Assembly (NCBI GenBank): GCA_010093745.1
Contig: MU005965.1
Span: 124,001-188,000, forward strand
Source of the DNA: Piedraia hortae CBS 480.64
Taxonomy: Eukaryota
DNA length: 64,000 nucleotides
Direction of reading: 5' to 3'
Each line of letters opens with the position of its first letter. Position 1 is the first letter of the stretch. A program made the translations under genes and the position numbers. The notes beneath the pieces were generated by a model that saw only the letters and a program-made list of their open reading frames with translations, was not told the origin of the DNA and ran no database searches. Below are positions 55,901 to 64,000 of this stretch, piece by piece.

Positions 55901-57302
55901 AAGTGGGTACTCACTTGATTGGTTTGTGGGTTTTTCTTTCAGATGGGTTGTAAATGCTTCAGAGTGGTGTTTTCCAGCGGTTTTTGGTAGCCTGAGTTGG
56001 GTATTCTGGGTGTTGGCCGCATATTCGGACACATTTATTCTAATATTATCCCTCTTACACCTCGCGCATTGCTAATCTAGAATGCGTTGTGTGTTCCCGG
56101 TGTTGGGTGCATTGTTTAGGAACAAAATCTTTCCCAAGTTGGCCCTTGCTAGCTTTTAGGAGGCTCGCAGTGCCAATCCATGTGGCGTATTCTAGGTGTT
56201 GGCCGCTTGTTCGGAAACAGTGTTTCCTATATTGGCCCTTGCAGGCTTATGTACTCGAAATTCACAACGTCCCAAACGATCTATTGGGGGTTTCCCGACT
56301 GGAAACGCCACAATACATAGTGTAGTTAGCCATCAGCTAGGATGAATATTTGTGAGACTCCGAATCTCCGAATTCTCGACTGCCTTGCAGAATTCCGAGT
56401 TGTTCGGAGGGCATGTATCTTCTCACATGTACAAGATCGTGTTCATTGTATGTACACCTACTCGAGGACCAGCACTCGAGTTGAGGACAATAAACGTGTC
56501 ATTTGTTGTAAAACTTTCGGTGGTATCGGATTGAAATCTGTTGGGCTGTTGTAGGATCCGGTGGTCCAAAAGGCTGTAGTGACATCCACTATGACTCTGC
56601 AATGCTTGGAAATCTACGCCTGAAGAGCTCCCTGTTGATGGCAGCTACCTGGGCGTAGATCATGAACAGAAAGACCGTATTAATGCCCAACAGTAGCATG
56701 ATGATTATTGAAAAGCCCGCCGCGTCTTCATCTGAGCTACTTATTGGAGTGCTTGGGAATGTGGAGGTTGAGACTGGATGAGGGCAGGTTCTATATCTGT
56801 CAAACAAACAACTGGAGTGATTGTTCGAGTGCAAATCGCCGTGAATAAAGACTGGCCATCCGAGCACATTTCCAAATCACCGTGCTGCAGAAACTGGTGG
56901 CTTGACTCACAGCCATTGAGCGAGTGATCTGCATCCTGGGAGGAATAAAGGTGACTGATACTGTTGTTTGCTTGTCGACCAACCGAACTTGTTAGCAGAT
57001 CCATAGAGGAACTTTCAGGTTCTGAGTAATATCGTGCTATGTAATCGGTGTATACTCGTTCCTGCAATTTGTTTGTCAGAAATACATTCACTTATTGCTG
57101 TCCCATTCACCTACGCCAGCGCTGACACGCAATATGGCTGTGGTACTTCGCAATCGTTAGGCCAGCACAGTACGGTAAGGATATCATTCCGCATTCACCG
57201 TGGCTGGGTAAACCTCTCTTGGGTTGACATAGCAATCAAGGGAACATACTCCGCGAATTTAACGGGCAAGAGTTGACAACCCAAAAAACAATGGCCTTCT
57301 AA

Positions 57303-59111
57303 TTAGGTTTCCATGAGTGAAGCCGACACCGAGTCGTGATATCGTCTATGAGCAGTTACAGCAAAACTGAGCATGCGCATCCCGCAATCATCACAGCGCA
57401 CGAATTCAGCGGCATCTACCTCTTCCTCGCCCTCGCTCCAGTCTCCACCTGAGCGGTCATCTGCATCATCTTCTTGCAAGGGGGGCAGCAGACCATCTCC
57501 TTCCTCATTCGAGGCATCTTTAGAGCTTCTAGGGTGAGGCTCAGGAACACTTGCCTCCTGAAGGCGAAACATACTCCCGATATCTCTTCCGCCATGTGAT
57601 GGGTTATTCATGTTGGTGACAGCCAGATTTAGTAGAGTCAAGCACCATGTAGTCTTGGGTGGATGCAGACGCCTGAATAGATGTACCAGAGTCTCGTTCA
57701 CTAGACGCTCAGCTAGCACGTTTGCACTCTCTGTTGAATTCAGAAGGAATGATGGCAGAGGAGCTGAGCGAGATGCGCGGTTCATGGGCCGGATAACGTT
57801 GCCAGCAGTCTGCGGTGGGCGTAAACGTGTCGAAAGACGAATGGTACGCGGTTGGGCAAGCCATCTGGGTTGTGTGCGCTGGCCGGTGTTCTCAGAAGGC
57901 CAATGCTCGTCCAAGAGATCGATTCGCATTCGTTCGATAAGGCTACACGCAAGCGTGTTCAACTCTTTGAGCACACTCGCCATTGTGTCTAGTCGTATGT
58001 AGCTGTCCTCTATGCTAATTTGATGAGGGACAGTTTGAGCCTCTCCAACCTCTGTTTCGTCCATTCCATGCAGGAGATCCCAGATCTTGATACCAATGCC
58101 GCGTGGCAAGCCTTGTCCCTGAAGCAATTTCTCCAGTGCTTCCGGATAGACCTTGGGATGTTGCCGCACTTCTCCAACGGTGACCTCGCCGTCCTCTTGT
58201 CCCGAAACGAAAGCTCGCAGCTTGCGTGCTAGTTTGGAGCCGATTCCAGGAACTTTGCGGATTTCATGCTGGTCCATAAACCTGGCCACGTTGCTACCTT
58301 CAAACTCGCCGGATGAAGGTATTAGTGTTGTCTGACCCTTCGGCTTGTTCTGATTACCAACCAGCTTAGAGAGTAGCTTGGAAGTAGTGATGCCTGCGGT
58401 AGAGCCATAGCCCTTTTGGTGTTCTAGCTGATGGCGTATATGCATTGCTAGGTGACTGCCCAATACCAGGCGTAAGGTGAGTTCGTTCGGTGCGTCCCTA
58501 ACAACTAACATATTCGCTGGATATGTATGACCTGCGACAGACGAAGCATCGAATGCAAAGCCGTTTGTTGGATCGTCAGGGGACAACTGAAAGAATGAGT
58601 CCGGCAAACTGTTCTGGTTGAGGAGTTCCATGTTGTAGTTTACCACATCTGTGACATCCATCCATACCTGTGCGATTCGTTTAGCTGTCTGCTTCTCTAG
58701 TTTAGTAGCTTCAATACCTCATCGAATCCCAGCTTCTCCACCTTTCCGTTCCAAGAATATGATTGGATGAAGCGGTAGAGATCTTTGCTAACGTCTCGAA
58801 ACCGACTTATGTCCTCTCCTAGTTCGATTACAACATCGGGGCATACTTTCTTGGCCTCGCGAACAAGCTGTAGCTTTCGTAAACCGCGTCTTCGAGCCTC
58901 GTAATTGCAGGTTACGATGATTTGTTTTTGTTGAACAGCAAATGGGAGGCCCTTCAGCGCGGGGTTCTCAGCTTCGAAAACTGAGGCATAGAAACAATCG
59001 TAGTCCTTTTGCTGTCAGTGAGGGCGAACAATCCGGACGTTGAAGTTTATGTACGAAATGTATGATGACTTTGTCGTCTTTGCGTTTTGGAGGGACTTTT
59101 GTAGCCATCAT
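57303..59111 (-). CDS. Y-family DNA polymerase (Pol iota-like); introns 59006-59054 and 58668-58717
   Basis: Spliced motifs IHF/DYDCFYA, VTCNYEAR, EKLGFDE/VWMDVT, SKLLSKL, RKVPGIG; C-terminal UBZ-type finger CDDC..HRRYH. Confidence 0.92.
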
Positions 59112-59309
59112 GCAGTGTTGAGACTAAACGTATGGCGGAAGAAGGGCACCACTAACCGTTCACTCCGTTATCATCATGGTCTGGATTGGAGGATGAGACA
59201 AGCTGACTAAGGCGGGGAATTATCACGATCATTCCGGCCAGACGACCATCTAGCCTTTAGCAAACTAGCTGGATCTCCAAAAGCAATACTGTACACAGTC
59301 ACCGCTGCC

Positions 59310-59804
59310 ATGCCTAGCGTGAACAACATGGACCAATCTTCAAATGGGGAGTGGCGTATAAGCCCCGATATTGACAAGGAACAGCTTTTGCAAGCCTTGT
59401 CGGCTCAAACTCTCGCGACCAGACTTTTGGAAAAAGCCTCCCATTTGAAAGACTTGGCACTCAAAGCTACAGATCCGGAGGAGCGCCAGAAAATAATTCA
59501 GGAGGCGTACGACAAAGAAGTGGAAGCCCACGGGCACTCAAAACTAGCCCAAAGGCTCCAAAGCGGAGTATGGCAAGGCGGAATAGCGGGAGCAGGCATT
59601 GGCGGGAGTATAGCAGTGGGCCTTGGCGCAACCGTTGGAACCCTGGTGGGTGGAGTGACCAGCGTTCCAACGGCAGCTTTGGGAGGGCTTATTGGAGCAG
59701 GAGTTGGGGGGATTAATGGACCTTTTGTCAAACTGGACCAGAAAAAGGAGGAGACTCCAGTTGAAAACGGGGTCGATTCAGAAAGTTCTAGAAAGGAAGG
59801 GTGA
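59310..59804 (+). CDS. hypothetical protein with glycine-zipper membrane motif
   Basis: 164 aa; helical N-terminus followed by GxxxG repeats (GGIAGAGIGGSIAVGLGATVGTLVGGV..PT..LGGLIGAGVGG). Confidence 0.8.
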   Translation: MPSVNNMDQSSNGEWRISPDIDKEQLLQALSAQTLATRLLEKASHLKDLALKATDPEERQKIIQEAYDKEVEAHGHSKLAQRLQSGVWQGGIAGAGIGGSIAVGLGATVGTLVGGVTSVPTAALGGLIGAGVGGINGPFVKLDQKKEETPVENGVDSESSRKEG

Positions 59805-60011
59805 AGATGAGCTTGATTTGAGTTGTGTGAAGTTACTGACCATGGAAGTGAAATGACGTCAATCAAGAGGCCGCATTTAGATTAGCGTGGAGACTTCTTT
59901 CAGAACACCCACCGTCAATTCTCTCTCCAAAGACAACTCTCTCTCAACAAGCCACAATCAGTCTAATATCCAGCCGCACAATACAAGTAATAGTTCGTCA
60001 CTACAAACACC

Positions 60012-60377
60012 ATGACCTCCGGCAACGGAACCGTGGGTGTCAACAGCAGCTCAAATGGCTATGACCTTGATTTTGAGTCACAGATCAAAGGTATCCTGCT
60101 CCAGAACGGGGGCATCCGTCGCATACAAGGGGTTCTTCGCCAGCGCCTTGATGAAGACGGCTGGTCGCAGTCTCTACGTGAGTACATCACCAGACTCTAC
60201 CGAAGTGGTGAATGCGAGACGTATGACCAAGCGGAAGCCAAAGTTATGCAGGCCATACATCAGGGCTCAGCTGCAGGAACAAACACGCCTAACCTGTCTA
60301 TACCCCCGACCGCCATGGAAGGTGCAGTGGAGACGATAAAGAAGGAAATCGAGAAAATCTGTGTACCGAAGCCATGA
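60012..60377 (+). CDS. SUS1: ENY2/Sus1-family transcription-export factor
   Basis: 121 aa; I...LLQNGG..RIQ..LRQRL.E.GW...LR pattern and C-terminal IP......V..IK. Confidence 0.7.
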   Translation: MTSGNGTVGVNSSSNGYDLDFESQIKGILLQNGGIRRIQGVLRQRLDEDGWSQSLREYITRLYRSGECETYDQAEAKVMQAIHQGSAAGTNTPNLSIPPTAMEGAVETIKKEIEKICVPKP

Positions 60378-61108
60378 CGGTCCCCAAAGAACGCCGGAAT
60401 GTGATCGGGCCTTCGGGCTGGATGTCGACATCCATAATTCTTTCAGGCTGTTGAAGCTGTTGGTCTGGATACCCAGGAATCGCTAGATTGTGGGTGGAAG
60501 ACTCGTAATGGAGAGACTCTCCCACAGATGAGCAGTTTCTCGGGAGCTCAGAGAGGAGTGATCGTCCGGCCATCATCTTATGTTTGAAGTGCTCATCAAG
60601 AATAGGTTTGTTCGTCATAGCTCTAAGACACCACCGTCAAAGTGCTTGATGCCAATGTCCACGCCCGCAATGCCGCCCACTGCTGGAAATTCTCTTTACA
60701 GCACCGAGACCCCCGCCAGTCGATGCGATCGAAGAATGACACTATAGACGAGGGCCAAGGCCGAGTTTCGCCATTGCCACTGGGCAGCATCATTGTGGCA
60801 GCTACTCGACACAACTAATTGCCATGTCAGAGAGAAGGAGACTCGCCAATGACATGCAGTCACGAGGTACCGATATCTCTAGCGGTGCGTGCTATGTTAC
60901 GGGGACTGGAAGTAGCAAATAGTGGCTGGATGAGCAAATCATGTAAAGTAGCTCAAGGGGAACCCACTGTAACATATCCCCTCCCAACCAGCCCACGGCT
61001 GATACTCAGGTCCCCACAAACACCTAGGCATTGTCCTACGCTCATGCGCTGATACACAACTCCATAGTGAATTCAAGCATTAATCCTTATAAGCAATAGG
61101 CTGTCAAG

Positions 61109-62218
61109 ATGATAGACGGCAACAGGCCGAAGTGGCGATGCCAGTTGGTGGTCCGAACACAAGGGGGGAAACTCGGTGCTCGGGACACAATGACTTTCAG
61201 TACGACAAGCCACAAAAGGCATCTGCGCGAACACTGCAAGACTTTGCTGACAGGTAGTGCCATTAAACTGGATTCACTACAAAGACAGCTCGAGCCCGCC
61301 ATGTGCCAGTTTGCGGAAACAACGGACTTGTCTTCCAGGATTGTTGAGGCAGCAAATCCACGAGCTTGTGCACGTGTTCGCAGACTTCGACAATATTGCT
61401 CGTCACCTACACGAAGTCTTCTGCTCACACTTGCTGTTACCACCGATACTCAGACTCAGCTTCAATCATGGTGTCCTTTGCTGTCGTCGCTGCAGGTACA
61501 TTGTGCGGGATAGGTACAGCATGAACAAACACTATTGCCAGGAGCCCCTCGCGCCGCGGAGGGAGCACGAATCCCACTACTTCCTCGGACAATGGCATGT
61601 GGGGTGTGGTCCACTATCAATCGTTTTTCGATGGCCCATGGCGCAAGCTCCTTGCCGTCTTCCAGGGCGGTAATTTTTCATTCAAGTAGGGAACACCAGT
61701 ATCTCCTTGGATAAGCAGTCCCATGCTCAGAATCAGAAAGTCCTAAGTCGATGCAGGACTCTGGGCAGTCCAAGAATGCCTATGTCTGGCAGGAATCACC
61801 GTGCTTCATGTCAGCACCCACCAACAGATCGTGGACTACCTAGCGGGAGCACCAGGTGGGATTCGCCTCACCATGGACGCATGGACTTCGCCAAATAGCA
61901 AAGGCCATGTTTACCATCACGACCTACTGGGCAAGGACGGACTGGGACCTGACAGAACTAACCCTTGCAGTTGAGGAGGTTCCTGGACCGCAATATGGGG
62001 AGAACATGGCGCCCATCGTTGTCGAAGTGCTGGATAGCCCCAATGTCAACGACCGCGTAATCAGCATGACAACCGACAACGCAACAAATAACGATACGAC
62101 GTGCACTGGGCTAATCAAGAAGATACCCTTTGCGAGGTCCCAGCACCTTCCGTGCATCGGGCACATCTTCAACATTGCTGTGCAGGCGGGGTTGAAGGCG
62201 GGACAATTAAATGGGTAG
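61109..62218 (+). mobile_element. hAT transposase relic
   Basis: BED-like KWRC..TTSHKRHLREH; IRLTMDAWTSPN (frameshifted) then MFTITTYW; MTTDNATNN; HLPCIGHIFNIAVQ (CxxH); truncated. Confidence 0.88.
61370..61610 (+). mobile_element. DUF3505-like C2H2 fragment nested in the hAT relic
   Basis: NIARHLHEV..PPILRL..GVLCCRRCRYIVRDRYSMNKHY resembles the DUF3505 N-terminus of TLH-type elements. Confidence 0.45.
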
Positions 62219-63477
62219 GATATCACAATGCGCGTACAGTATGGGTGCACCTCATGCACTCAGACAGAGTCATCGAAGGAATAGTGGAGCTCAAGCAGGA
62301 TTATACAGAGACTTCATTCAGACAAAAACGTTCATCTGCACCACAACACCCAGGAACTCTTACAGGCACTATATGAAACTCAGGGAGCAGGCTAGAACTC
62401 TTAAGATTGGCTTCCATTTTGGGACTCAACCCAGGGGCCAGTGTCTCCTCAGGAGCTTGATATGCATTCGATGGAAGTATGGGATGTACTATGGCTTATG
62501 ATATTGAACAGGATAGATCGCGACTCCTACTAAGTTCTTTTCCCACAGCGAGCGAAACTATTACCTGCATAGCAGTAGAAGCGCATTCATTCTACAGCGG
62601 CTCCGAGAGCATGCACCGCACGAGCCGCAGGGACAAAACCCTCAGTAAAGGGAAAACTTGTGAAACTCCCCCATGCTCTGATTACGTTGAGCGCCCGGGC
62701 AGGTACTGGTCCGAGAAGAGATTTTCTTCACAGGGCGGCATGGGACTTGACCCACTGTCGATGTGGCATTGAGGTAGCGCTGCTGCCTTCGCACGATACT
62801 CACCACAGTTGAGGCCTCTTGGCTCTACCAAATGCCGTACTATAGTCAGGTTCGTAGCCGGCACCACGTACAGGTGGACCTCGTCACCGGCCGGGCGTCC
62901 CATGCGTGATGTAGAGGAAAATACATGTAACATATTCCTAATATATTCTCTAGTTGTACTGTATAGAGTAATTTTAAACCAATATCTTCAAGTTGTACTT
63001 TGGTCGAGCAATCTCGCACGCATAGTCTGTAGTATGCGTACGTTATCGCCATGTATTAATTGGTTTGTTTGTTTGTTTTGTATCAATTAACGCCGAGACG
63101 GTGTCATCCCGAAGGACTAACCCGCGGCCTTACGAGGTGCATGGGGGCGACCCAAAATGGGTGTTTAACGGCGACGCACCAGGGAGACAATGTACTTACT
63201 CCTAATATCGTGCTCGCAGCATGCTACGGGGTGTGGAAGCGGCCAGGAAAAGGGACGTGGTTGTAAAAGCATTCTGAACGCCGGAAGAGGCCAATTATTG
63301 ACGTCCAGAATTTTACACTGATATCGGTGGAATATATCCCACCATCGAACAGCTAATGCAAACTTTAAGATCTTCGATTGCAGGCAAGGATCTTCATGCC
63401 ACAGAGAGTATCTCGAGTACAGGAAACACCTTTGCAATATTCGCACACCACCCAAGATGATAGGAACCACTCTGTGA

Positions 63478-63711
63478 ATGGCCACCATGATCTGCACGGA
63501 AAGTCCCAGCATCGACAAACCTCCGCGCGACGGCTCCGTCATCCCAGCTCCTAACTTTACCGGCCGGATCCCCGACATCGCCGAGTTCAACGGTGAAGAA
63601 AGCAACGTCGTGTTATTCGTTACCGATATCTCGCTCACGTGCACATCGTACCCAGCCGCGCTCCCTACAGAGCAAGATAAGCTCCGCTACCTGATGAAGA
63701 AAGAATTCTAA
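63478..63711 (+). mobile_element. Ty3/gypsy gag fragment
   Basis: IPDIAEFNGEESNVVLFV..ISL...YPAALPTEQDKLRYL matches the P..F.G...F.....F.TE..K+.Y retrotransposon gag pattern; truncated. Confidence 0.6.
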
Positions 63712-64000
63712 ACAACCAGAAAAAGGACGTCACGTCGAGACAGCGGAAGGAATCGTGAAAACACACAAACGGCCCTGACTTTCCGCGCTTGAACAAAGGC
63801 GCCCCCAAAACTCCATTCCTTTTTCTGGCGACAGGCAAGAGCTCAAGGACTTCAAGGTTATCCTTCAATTTGAACTTGCTGCCAGCGAGAGCTGGTACAA
63901 GCTCTGCCTAGCGTGAAACAACAAAAACAAATGTAAAAACAAGGTACGAGACTGAACAAAAAGAATTGGTGGGCAATGGAAAGGATACCGGCCGAGCTGG

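Noticed and set aside
60298..60814. Minus-strand ORFs with a faint kinase-like DIQPE motif
   Set aside because: No other kinase motifs; too weak to call.
63102..63317. Possible LTR (TGT...ACA) upstream of the gag fragment
   Set aside because: No second copy in the window, no TSD and no recognisable PBS.

Overview
Eukaryotic DNA from a filamentous ascomycete (Pezizomycotina, probably a Dothideomycete; inferred from gene repertoire, GT..CTRAY..YAG introns and an intron-containing tRNA-Asp). The window is compact: about 24 intact genes (MIOX, TRP5, a LisH/WD-like protein, TMEM115-like, FBP26, dynactin p150, SPO22/ZIP4, a GNAT, GYP5, RRP12, APP1, DIC1, MSF1, GON7, RPL13, VTI1, ATP5, MRPL16, RFC1, a Pol iota-like Y-family polymerase, SUS1 and three hypotheticals), with introns of only 39-68 nt and many intergenic gaps under 170 bp. 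These gene blocks alternate with decayed accessory blocks (about 15.1-24.8, 27.8-29.1, 52.4-57 and 60.4-64 kb). The accessory blocks hold relics of pogo/Fot1, CACTA-like, Ty3/gypsy, hAT and telomere-linked-helicase/DUF3505 elements, plus F-box-like pseudogenes. I found no intact novel system that the sequence alone proves. The best leads are: two diverged F-box-like paralogues sharing the same -1 frame switch; recurrent C-rich to G-rich skew switches independent of gene orientation; a GTGACG promoter motif near most housekeeping starts; and a CACTA-like relic of a family I know mainly from basidiomycetes. All family calls come from motif recognition, not database searches.
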